Source: Gnetum montanum | Lineage: Eukaryota > Plantae > Gnetophyta | Direction of reading: 5' to 3' | Assembly (NCBI GenBank): GCA_015680685.1 | Contig: MNCI01003186.1 | Span: forward strand, 391,068 to 455,067 | Length of the DNA stretch: 64,000 bases | Part shown: positions 42,285-54,065 of the stretch, piece after piece | Position numbering within the stretch: position 1 is the stretch's first letter | How the letters are laid out: every line of letters begins with the position of its first letter | Notes under the pieces: generated by a model | Seen by the model: only the letters and a program-made list of their open reading frames with translations | Told to the model about the DNA's origin: nothing | Database searches by the model: none | Program-made: the position numbers and the translations under genes

Positions 42285-43220
42285 GGTTGGGATCATGAAC
42301 CCTGGTTGCCTACCATAGTGACATTGTGGATGTTCATCACATCCTTGGTGCCACTCACACCCTTGCATTTGGGAAAGAGAAGCATGTGGCACTTGATGGA
42401 TGCGACCAACATCAATGTTCAGACAAGGAGGATGACCACCTTCCGAACGACAACCTTGCTACCCAACCATAGATGGGCAGTATGAGAAACCATGAAGCAC
42501 CAACACCACAACTATTTGACCCAAGGCCCCTAATTGCCCCACATTTGCCCAAAGAAATGACATACCCTATAACCTAGAGGCCAAGTATAGTCGTTCACCT
42601 TGAACATGTGTGACAAGAGAAGAGAACTACATCCAGCCATCATGTCTTATCCCCTCCCTCCCATGTGCCCCTCTCTTCATAGAACTAGATGGCTAGGAAT
42701 AAAAAGAGTAGCCCTCATATGTCCCCCTTGTGTCTAGCCTTGTATTTTTAAAGCTATTTACGACATGTTCATTGACCATGAACATAGAGTTTGAAAACCC
42801 CACCATGATTTCCTCAATGAGGTGTAGATGCTTCGTTCATGGGTTTCCACTCCTAAAATGAACATCTCGCCACCTATCCTCGATGAATGATGGCAACCAT
42901 GGCTAACACATCCTCCATTGAGAGGCGACCTAAGCCCCCTCCTTGAAACACTCTAGATTGATCCTTTTTTCTCTCCCTAAAATATACCTAGGTGATGACG
43001 TGCCCTTTGGAGCATCAACTCGTTGAATGTGCGAGGTGTAATTCGGCTACAACATCTTGTGCCCTTGCCAAGTGCATGCTCTCCCCATGAGCATTGCAAG
43101 AAGTCCCATCCCAATGAAACACCATCGTCATGGATTCTCTGATGAGGTTCCCCAAGCATTCTTCATTACTATGATGGAAATGCAAGACCATAACCAATGA
43201 GACAAAAGCATGTATGTGTC
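42285..43220 (-). other. ITS1, unusually long (~935 bp)
   Basis: Lies between the 5.8S 5' end and the 18S 3' end. Confidence 0.85.
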
Positions 43221-45878
43221 AATGATCCTATCGCAGGTTCACCTATGATAACCACATTATGAATTCTCCTTCTTCTAAATGATAAGGTTCAATGAGATTC
43301 TCATAATCATCATCACTGTAATCTGAACATTTCATCAAATCATTCAATCATTAGGAGTGACGAGCAGTGTGTACAAAGGGTAGGGATGTAGTCAACATGA
43401 GCTGATGACTCACGCTTACTAGGAATTCCTTGTTGAAGACTGATAATTGCAAAGATGGATCCCCATCATGATGCATTTTCATAAGATTTTCTAATCCTCT
43501 CATACTAGGAAAAGAAGCTTACTGAATGCATTAGTGTAGCATGTGTGTGGCCTAGAACATCTAAGGGCATCACATACTTATTATTGCCTCAAACTTTCAT
43601 GGCTTGAGTAGTCATAGTTCCTCTAAGAAGCTATCCATTAAGGGCGTACCTCCACATAGCTAGTTAGTAGGCTGAGGTCTCATTCATTAATGAAATTAAC
43701 TAGAAAAAGCACTCCACCAACTAAGAACAATTGATGAGTCACGAGGTACCCCTACACTCAACCATATGAATACGAGCGTTCATGCGTGATCCAGTTGAAC
43801 TTTGTGGATAGGCTAGTCATGGTATCTAGATAGTTACACGTTGATTGCAGTTCGCTGTCTTCCTACCTAGACTAGTATTTTCTTTGTCACGTATGGTTTA
43901 GTCTAGAGTGAGGCGTATGATGTGATCCTAAATTAGTGCTACTCTTAGAGACAATGGAGAATAATCTTGATTAAACTAATGATTAATAGAAAATGAAGTC
44001 TAAGCTAACCTAAGTGTGATGGGCATCCATTCCTTAATCATCCGTACACATCTTGGATCTCATGCATGACTACTACTGGGATTACCAAGTGTAGATCCTA
44101 GGTACGCTACTGGGTTGCCAAGTAGTCACACTTAAATGCTTGCGATTAAGTCATACTCATTCCGCATTTAACGATGGGAATAGTAAATGATGATAAATAA
44201 ATATTAACTAAGAAAATAACAATAATAATTAACAATAATAATTAAACAATTAAAACTAAGTGAATGTTGCAATGATGATGTAATCTCGATCTTTATTTCT
44301 GATCATGTGTGCATCCAAGTATGTCACACTCGAATAAAGGTGTCATACAATTACAAGCATCACACTGCAGGCATGCACTTGGGAAAATATTCTATCTCCT
44401 GTGGGAACAAGCTACAAGAGCTTTGCTACAACTAACTAAAAGATACCTAGGTGTGGTGGAGGGCCACTTATTTATAGTCTAAAAAAGGCTCTGTGTAAAT
44501 GGGGCCATGTCAACGCATGGAGGGATGCATCGACGGGGCCTCATTGATGCGGCCGTGTATACGAGGCCCTATATACATGGCCTAGTTGATGCATCGACTA
44601 CTTAGCGCTTCATCAACAACCATGCACCATCACCCATAGAATCAAGAAAGAGTTTTCAATATGTCAATCCTTACTATGTATAGACTTGGTAAGTTTTCTT
44701 GTGTTGAGTCAAATTAAGCTGCAAGCTCCACTCCTAGTGATGCCCTTTCACCAATTTCTTTAAGTTTCAGCCTTACAACCATACTTCCCTTGGAACCCAA
44801 ACACTCTAATTTCTCAGAAGTTTCCAATGGAGACCTAAAAGCAACATCTACCGATCCTTAGTTAGCATCGTTTATGATTTAGACTAGGATGGTATCTAAT
44901 TGTCTTCGATCCCCTAACTTTCATTATTGATCAATGAAAACATCCTTGGCAAATGCTTTCACAGTAGTTTGTATTTCATAAATCCAAGAATTTCACCTTT
45001 GAGAATGAAATATGGATGCCCCCGACAGTCCCTATTAATCATTACAAGATCGAAATCCTATTGCATTATTCCATGCCAATGTATTCTGAGCATAGGCTTG
45101 CTTTGAGCACTCTAATTTTTTCACAGTAACAGCATCAGAGCTATGACCTAGCCAATTAAGGCTAGGGCCATCTCACTGATAGAAGGAATGGAGTGGTTGA
45201 TGCACACTAGATCAATGGACCAACTACCCCATCCCAAGATCCAACTACAAGTTTTTTAACTGCAACAACTTAAATATATGCTATTGGAGCTAGAATTACC
45301 ATGGCTACTAGCACCAGACTTTTTCTCTAATGGATCCTCATTAAGGGGTTTAAATTTTACTCATTCCAATTACAAGACTCAATGAGCCTAGTATTGTTAT
45401 TTATTGTCACTACCTCCTCATGTTAGGATTGGGTAATTTTCATGCCTACTACCTTCCTTTGATGTGGTAGAAATTTCTCAAACTCCCTCTCTAGAATCAA
45501 ACCCTAATTCCCCATCATCCATCACAACCATGGTAGGCTTCTATCCTAACATCAAAAGTTGATAGGGCAGAAATTTGAATGAAGCATCATTGATACAAGG
45601 GCCATGCGATCCATCTAGTTACCATGATTCACTAACCAAACAAGCAAGCTCACATCAACCTTTTATCTAATAAATACATCCCTTTTGAAAGTTGGGATTT
45701 GTTGCACGTATTAGCTCTAGAATTACTATAGTTATTTGAGTAGTAAGGTACCATCAAAGAAATCATAACTGATTTAATGAGCCATCCACACTTTCACCGT
45801 TTGAAGTAGTTCATACTTAGACATGCATGGATTAATCTTTGAGACAAGCATATGACTACTAGTAGGATCAACTAGGTA
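43221..45878 (-). rRNA. 18S rRNA pseudogene interrupted by a solo LTR
   Basis: AATGATCC..GCAGGTTCACCTA at the 3' end; GAGACAAGCATATGACTACT..GGATCAACTAGGTA at the 5' end; small deletions near 43305 and 45045. Confidence 0.97.
43732..44615 (-). mobile_element. Solo LTR (884 bp) related to the Athila-like A/B LTRs, inserted in 18S
   Basis: TGATGA...TCATCA termini. The reverse complement shares TATGGTTGAGTGTAGGGGTACCTC and AGAATATTTTCCCAAGT motifs with the A/B LTRs. TSD ACAAT/ACAAC. Confidence 0.92.
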
Positions 45879-46529
45879 ATGTCATGGGCACTCGTGTGGT
45901 TGGCACCTTTGTCCTTCCTTACTTGAAAGGCATGAATGACCCTCCCTACACAAATTTTGCACAACATATTTCATGGGAACCATTCCCTAGTTTATGCAAT
46001 CACATGCCCAAGAAACGTGATGCTGCAACTAGCGACAAATGTAGCCTTGCTCTTGACCGTGGATGTGCAAGTGCCAAGGGCATCGTAGAAGTGCACAGCT
46101 TATTGCCCACACCATATAGAATTCCCATCAACACCCAACATTGAGGTATGCCCACAGGTTCCAACATCCCCAGCAGGATAACTAGACTTGAGAGCACTTC
46201 CTCAAAAACACTTCTCCATGAGAACAAAGTTCCATGTAGGAAGCAGCACACGCTACATCATCTAAGGTCACCTTGGGGCACGCACTGAAGAATGAGGCAT
46301 GTGAACATGCATGATCAACAAAAGAACCTGAGTCCTCTTTGTTCCTTGGCACATGCACATGAACTCACATCTACCACCCACACACTACTGAGCAGTCGAA
46401 TTCATGATCAGGCAAAGGAAACATGCACCTAACACTACCCAATGGGGGCATTGGGAGGCTCTGCTACCTCAACCACACCAAATCGACATAGCCGTTTGCA
46501 CGTGCTCAACTGCTATCGCATCCTAAAAA

Positions 46530-48122
46530 ATAGGAGATGCATCTGAGCAATGCAACCACTATGAACTGATGCCAAAGGCGTTGTTCACATCATAACATAA
46601 GCCATGTGTTATCACAAGGTACATGCAATCATCATCAATATTATGAATGCAAAACAAACATTAGCCATGGGGACGACTTTGAAATTGCATTCTCCTCAAG
46701 GATGAGAACATTTCCATCCTCTCTATCCAACCATCAAGGTGAGGGATGCATCCTAGCAATGCAAACACTATAAAATAACACAACACTCAAAACATGGTTT
46801 GAATCTCATCTCAATGCAACAAGAGGGAACATGTGTTGTACCAAGGAACATGAAACTATTGTCACATTATGAATGCCAAATGAAGATTGGGCATGGGTAC
46901 CACTTTGAAATCACATTCTCCTCAAGGATAAGGAAATTTCCATCCTCTCTCTATTCAACCACCAGGGTGAGGGATGCATCCCAGCAATGCAACCACTATG
47001 AACCAACACTCAAAACGTGGTTTGAATCTCATCTTAATGCAACAAGAGGGAAGATGTGCCATACTAAGGAACACGCAAATATCATCACATTATGAATGCC
47101 AAATGAAGATTGTATTGTAGACACCACTTCCAAATCGCATTATCCTCAAGGGTGATGATGTTTCCATCCTATCTCTATTCAACCATTAGGATGAGAGATG
47201 CATCCCAGCAATGTAACCACTCTAGCCTAATGCTCAAAATGTGGTTCAAATCTCATCTCAATGGAAAAATAGGGAACATGTTTCATCTCAAGAAACATGC
47301 AACTATTGTCACATTATGAATGCCAAATGAAGATCGACCATAGGCACCACTTCAAAATGGCATTCTCCTCGAGGGCAAGGATGTTTCCATCCTCTCCCTA
47401 TCCAACCATTAGGGTGGGGGATGTGTCCCAGCAATGCAACCACTGTGAAGAATTACTCAAAACATGGTTTGAATTTGATCTCAATGCAATAATAGGGAAC
47501 ATGTGCCATCCCAAGGAACATGACACTATCATCAACTATGAATGCCAAATGAAGACCGGCCATAAGCACCTCCTTGAAATCGCATTCTCCTCCAAGGTGA
47601 GGACATTTCCATCCTCTCTCTATCCAATCATTAGGGTGGAAGATGCATCCCAGCAACACAACCACTATAAACCATGGCTCAAAACATGGTTCAAATCTCA
47701 TCTCAATGCAAAAATATGGAACATGTATTGTCTCAAGGAACATGACACCATTGTCACATTATGAATGCCAAATGAAGATCAGCCATAGGCACCTCTTCGA
47801 AATCGCATTCTCATTGAGGGTGAGGATGTTTCCATCCTCTCTATATCCAACCATCAAGGTGGGGTATGAGTCCCAACAATGAAACCACTATGAAAAATTA
47901 CTCAAAACATGGTTTGAATCTCATCTCAATGCAACAATAGGGAACATGTGCCATCTCGAGGAACATGACACTATCGGCACATTAGGAATGCCAAACAAAG
48001 ACTGGCCATAGGAACCTCTTTGAAATCACATTCTCCTTGATGAGGAGGATGTTTCCATCCTCTCTCTATCCAACCATTAGGTTGGGGGATGCATTGAAGT
48101 AATGCAACCACTATAAACCACT
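46530..48122. repeat. ~223-bp tandem repeat, ~7 copies
   Basis: TATGAATGC (or a 1-nt variant) recurs at 46642, 46868, 47091, 47315, 47537, 47760, 47983. Confidence 0.93.
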
Positions 48123-51100
48123 GTGAATTGGTGATAAAGCAAAGAAAGCATGCACCAAATGCTACCCCGTGGGGGCATCAAGATGCTCTACAAACTCAGC
48201 TACACCAAATGAATGTAACCATTCACATGAAATCAACTAATATCATTTTCAAAGGGGATCTTTCAATCCCATAGAGCCACCAGTAGTGGCTCCAATCTTG
48301 CAACATCTAGAACAATCACACAGAAGTATAAAGAAACAAGCCTCACAAGATCCACACTTCCAAATACCCAAATTCAGCATTAAGTGACTACACACCTAAG
48401 AAATCCTTTGTGAAATGTAGACATAGAGTGTGATGCAGCCAAAATAATGGATTTCTAAGACATGAGCCTCAAACATCCTTACAACTACTTCTAACCTTTG
48501 GAGAACTTATTGCCAAGGATGAGCATGTGCTCAAACTCAATAAGTTACTCCAAAGGAAGGGCCAACGTAAATCTTTGAACCCAAAAAGGTTATTTTCAAG
48601 ATGGTACGACCACGAGATGGTCACCAAAATATTAGCACCTATGATCCACAATGAACAGTGAGGCACCTGTAAGTGCATGAAGAACAAGAGAGCCTACATC
48701 CTCTTCATTCCTCAGCACATGCAAGAGAACTCACAACTACTGCCCATGCACTACTAACAAACTAAATTAATGATAAGGTAGAGAAAGCATGCATCAAATG
48801 CTACCCTGTGGGGCCATCAAGATGCTCTACAAACTCAACCCATCAAATCAATGAAACTATTCACACAAAATCAATCAATATCATTTTTAGAGGGGATCTA
48901 TCAATCTTGTAGAGCCATTAGTAGTGGCTCCAATCTTGCAACATCCAGAACAATCACATTGAAGAATAAAGAAACAAGCCTCATAAGATGCAGGCTTCTA
49001 GATATCTGAATTCAGCATTAAGTAACTACACACATGAAAACTCCTTCATGAAACTTAGAGACAAAGTGTTGTGTAGCCAAAACAATGGATTTCTAAGGCA
49101 TGAGACTCAAACATCCATGCAACTACTCCAAACCCTTGGAGAACTTACTGTCGAGGATGAGCATGAGCTCAAACTCAACAAGTTACTTTAAGGGAAGGGC
49201 CAATGTAAGTCTTTGAATCCACGAAAGGTTATTTTCCAGATGGTATGATCATAAAATGGTCACCCAAATACTAGAACCCATGAACCATAATGAATAGCGA
49301 GGCACCCATAAGTACATGAAGAACAAGAGAGCCTATGTCCTCTTCATTCCTTGACATGTGTAAGTGAACTTACAACTACCACCCATGCACTACTAAGTGA
49401 TTGAATTGGTGATAAGGCAAAGAAAGCATGCACCAGATGCTACCTTGTGGGGATGTCACAATGATCTGCAAACTCAACCGCACCAAATCAATGCAACCTT
49501 TTGCAAAAAATCAACCGATATTATTTTCAAAGGTGATCTTTCAATCTTGTAAATCCATTAGTAGCGGCTCCAATCTCATAACATTTGGAACAAACACACC
49601 AAAATATAAAGAAACAAGCCTCATAGGATCTAGGCTTCCAAATACCTGAATTTAGCATTAAGTGACTACACACCCAAGAACTCCTTCATGGAATGCAAAG
49701 ATAGAGTGTCACATAGTCAAAACAATGGATTTTGAAGGCATGAGCCTCAAACATTGATGCAACTACTTCTAACCCTTGGAGAACTTACTATGAAGGATGA
49801 TCATGCACTCAAACTCAACAACTTACCACAAGGGAAGGGCCAACATAATTCTTTGAATTCATGAAAGGTTATTTTCAAGATGGTACAACCATGAAATGGT
49901 CACATGAATATTGGAACCCATGATCCACAATGAATAGCAAGGCATCCACAAGTGCATGAAGAACAAGAGACCCTACATCTTCTTTGTTCCTTAACACTTG
50001 CAAGTGAACTCACAACTACCATCCATGTGATACTAAGCAACCAACTTGGTGATAAGGCAAAGAAAGCATGCACCGAATGCTACCCTATGGAGGCATTGAG
50101 ATGCTCTACTACCTCAACTACACCAAATCAATGTGACTGTTCACATGAAATCAACTAATATCATTTTCAAAGGGCAATTTTTCAATCCCATAGTGCCATC
50201 AGTGGTGGCTCCAATCTTGGAACATCTAAAATGATCATACCAAAGGATAAAGAAATAGGCCTCATAGGATGCAAGCTTCCAAATACCAAAATTTGGCATT
50301 AAGTGATCATACACGTATGAACTCCTTTGTGAAACCCAAAGATTGAGTGTTTCATAGCCAAAACAATGGATTTTCAAGGCATGAGCCTCAAACATCCATC
50401 TGACTGCTCCTAACCCTTGGAGAATTTACTGCCAAGGATAAGCATGTGCTCAAACTCAACAAGTTACTCCACAGGAAGGGTCAACATAAGTCTTTGAATC
50501 CATGAAAGGTTATTTTCGAGATGGTATGACCACAAAATGGTCACCTAAATATCAAAACCCATGATCCACAATGAACAACAAGGCACACGCAAGTGCATCA
50601 AGAAAAAGAGAGCCTACATCCTCTTTGTTCATCAGTAAGTGCAAGTGAACTCAAAACTACCACCCATGCACTACTAAGTGATAGAATTAGTGATAAGGTA
50701 GAGAAAGCATGCACCAGACGCTACCCCGTGGGGGTGTCCAAATGCTTTGCTACCTCAACCACACCAAATCAATGCAACCTTTTGCATGAAATTAATTAAT
50801 ACTATTTTCAGAGGAGATCTTTCAATCTCATAGAGTGATCAATAATGGCTCTAATCTTGCAACATTCAGAATAAACATACCAAAGAATAAAGAAATAGGG
50901 CTCACAAGATCTAGGCTTCCAGATACCTAAATTCGGTGTTAGGTAACTACACACTCAAGAACTCCTTCATGTAATGTAAAGATAGAGTGTCACATAGCCA
51001 AAACAACATATTTTCGAGGCATGAGCCTAAAACATCCATGCAATTGCTCCTAAACATTGGAGAACGTACTGTCGAGGATGAGTATGTGCTCAAACTCAAA

Positions 51101-52150
51101 AATTTACTCCAAGTGAAGGGCCAACATAAGTCTTTGAATCCATGAAAGGTTATTCTCGAGATGGTACAACCACAAAATGGTCACCTAAATATCGAAACCC
51201 ACAATCTGCAATGAACAGTGAGGCACCCACAAGTGCATGAAGAACAAGAGATCCTACATCCTCTTCATTCCTTGGCACATGCAAGTGAACTCGCAACTAC
51301 CACCCATGTGCTACTAAGTGACCGAATTAGTGATAAGGTAGAGAAAGCATGCACCAAACACTACCTTGTGGGGGTGTCGAGATGCTCTACTACCTCAACC
51401 ACACCAAATCAATGTGACCATTCAAAGGAAATCAACCGATATCATTTTCAAAGGGGATTTTTCAATTGATATCATTTTCAAAGGGGATTTTTCAATCTCG
51501 TAGAGCCATCAGTGGTGGATCCAATCTCACAACATTTGAAATAGTCACATCAAAGGATGAAGAAATAGGCCTCATAGGATGCAGGCTTCCAGATACCCAA
51601 ATTCGATGTTAAGTGACCATACACATGAAAACTCCTTCATGAAACCTAGAGATAGAGTGTCACACAGCCAAAATAATGAATTTTTGAGGCATGAGCCTCA
51701 AACATTCATCCAACTACTCCTAACCCTTTGAGAACTTATTGCCAAGGATGAGCATGCACTCAAACGTAACAAGTTACTCCAAGGGAAGGGCCACCATTAG
51801 TCTTTGAATCCACAAAAGGTTATTTTTGAGATGGTATGACCACGAAATTATCACCTAAATATTGAAATCCATGATCTGCAATGAATAGCAAAGCACCCGT
51901 AAGTGCATGAGGAACAGAGAGCCTACATCCTCTTTGTTCTACAGCACGTGCAAGTGAACTCGCAACTACCACCCATGCACTACTAAGTGACCAAATCAGT
52001 GATAATGCAAAGAAAGCATGCACTAGATGCTACCTTGTGGGGGTATCCAGATGCTCCATTACCTTAATGATACCAAATCAATGCAACTATTCACACTAAA
52101 TCAATCGATATCATTTTTGAAGGGGATTTTTTAATCCCATAGAGCCATCA
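48123..52150. repeat. ~640-bp tandem repeat, ~6.3 copies
   Basis: GATAAGGyArAGAAAGCATGCA recurs at ~48133, 48772, 49411, 50051, 50692, 51332, 52001; a 29-bp internal duplication at ~51438-51496. Confidence 0.93.
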
Positions 52151-52488
52151 ATATTGATGCCCCATCTGCATGATGCGTCCATCTTGCAAATAGGCTTCTA
52201 AAATGTGTGTGAGAACATTTAGGATAGTTATAGCGCAAGCTAGCCAAACATGCTTCCTTGGGGCCTAGGATTCCTAGGCAACCAACCCCATGAAACATGC
52301 AGGCAACCTTGCAAGCCTTTTATCTCAAATCATAAATGTGGATACCACCTTCTCTGGGGTTATCCTTCTTCACAACAAGGCTTGTGAGTCATGGAAATGA
52401 ACAATGAGGCCACAATATCATGGGTAGGCAAGAAATCCTTGGGGGAGAAACCCATGTATCTCCCTATCCCTATGACTGATCATCAACT

Positions 52489-52558
52489 CTACCTCCCCCT
52501 ATATATGTTGATTGGACTAGTTTTAGCCATACCATCTTGTCCCCTTATAAATTTGATC
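52489..52558 (-). promoter_or_regulatory. Probable rRNA gene promoter (Pol I TIS TATATAGGGGGAGG, +1 ~52500)
   Basis: Exact plant consensus; the closest promoter module upstream of 18S in the correct orientation. Confidence 0.75.
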
Positions 52559-52959
52559 ATGAAGGACCAGTGCAAGAAGAGCACTATCACATGTACAACA
52601 TGAAACACCTTTAAAGAGCACTCTCACATGCCCAACGCAAGGGGCCTTAAAGAATAGCCTGCGCATGTTTGCTATGCAAGGCTCCTTAATGAAGAGCACT
52701 CTTGCTAGGCAAGTGTAGGGCAACCCCAAAGAGAGCCTTCTCCTAACAAAAGGAACAAACCATTTTCAAGAAGAGAGATCTCTCTTCCTTATTGCAAAGA
52801 GTTCATACAAGATTGCTCTCCCTTACATAGAGAGATGCAACTCCCAAAAGGCTGCTTCCCCATCCACAAAGGAAGACTCTTCATAGAATAACACCTTTTG
52901 CATCCATGGAGTGATGCACCTCCAAGGAGAACACTCTTGAGTCCAAGGGGAAAGGAACC

Positions 52960-53900
52960 TCCTAGGAGAGCACCTTCCTTGAGAACGTTCTCCCTAAGAG
53001 CATCCTCCTACATACCAAATTTATAAGGGTGCAAGATGGTATGGCAGACCTTGGCCTAATCAACATATATGGGCAGAGGTAGCATTTTCCCTAAGAGCAC
53101 TGCATGGTTCTCTCATGAGAGTGTTCTTCATGGGAGCACCTTGCATAGCTGTGCTAGTAAGAGCACTCTCCCAAGAGAGCCTCATGCAATGCTTGCTAGA
53201 GTGGTCCCACTAGGAGTGCCTCACATTCTACATGTGATAGTGTTTCCTCTAGGAGCATCATCCCTAAAAGAGCCTCGTGCTATGCATCTGAGGGCATTCT
53301 CCCTGAGACTGCCCTTGTTGAGAGAGTTCTCTTGGAGAGGGTCCTTCATGAGAACCCTCCCTGAGAGCATTCTCCTTGATAGTGCCCTCCTTGGGAGAGT
53401 TCTCTCTAAGGGCATCCTCCCTGAGAGCATCCTATAGGAGCATGTTCTCCCTGAGAGAGCCCTCCTTGCAAACCAAATTTATAAGGGTGTAGGATGGTAT
53501 GGAAGACCTTGGACAAATCAACATATATGGGGAGAGGTAGCATTCTCCCTAAGACCACCACATGATGCTCTCATGAGAGTGCTCTCCATGGGAGCACCTC
53601 ACATAGCTGCGCTTGCAAGAGTGCTTTATAGAGAGCACCTCATGTAGCGCTTGTGAGAGCACTCTCCTTGGGAGTACCTCACGTTGTGCACATGATAGTG
53701 TTCCCTCTGGGAGCATCCTCCCTAAGAGCACATTGCACTGCGCATATGGGAGAGCTTTCCATGAGAACACCCTCATTGGAAGCACTTTCCCTAAGGGAGC
53801 CCTTCCTAGGAGTGGTCTCCCTGAGGGCACACTTAGGGAGGAAATCCTCTTAAAAACTATTTTCTGTGAGAGTGACTTCCTTGAGAGCATACCCATGGAG
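52960..53900 (+). promoter_or_regulatory. Inverted IGS block with two antisense spacer-promoter modules (53014-53082, 53472-53540)
   Basis: ACCAAATTTATAAGGGTG..AACATATATGGG(G/C)AGAGGTAG on the + strand. The block is the reverse complement of ~33900-34310 (ORF-track peptides 53069+ and 33941- are homologous). Confidence 0.75.
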
Positions 53901-53904
53901 GCCA

Positions 53905-54065
53905 TAGACACACTAAAAATCACACCCAAATGTGCACTTGTGATAGCCTAGGACACACTTAGCATCACCTAAAAGTGCATTTGTTAAGGCCAAGATTGCA
54001 CTCAGCATCACTTGAAAGTGCATCCATGATGGCCTAAGACACACTTCACTTCTCTTAAAGTGTGT
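53905..54065. repeat. ~42-bp tandem repeat, ~4 degenerate copies
   Basis: CACTyAGCATCACyTrAAAGTGCAT..GGCC recurring. Confidence 0.6.

Larger units (their letters stand above)
45879..52500 (-). other. 5' ETS (~6.6 kb if transcription starts at 52500)
   Basis: Spans from the nearest TATATAGGGGG motif to the 18S 5' end. Confidence 0.6.

Noticed and set aside
43732-44615. Group I intron in 18S
   Set aside because: The insert has LTR termini, a TSD and homology to the other LTRs in the window.
46799-52023. Repeated short ORFs in the 223- and 640-bp arrays
   Set aside because: Stops and frames differ between monomers; no recognisable domain.
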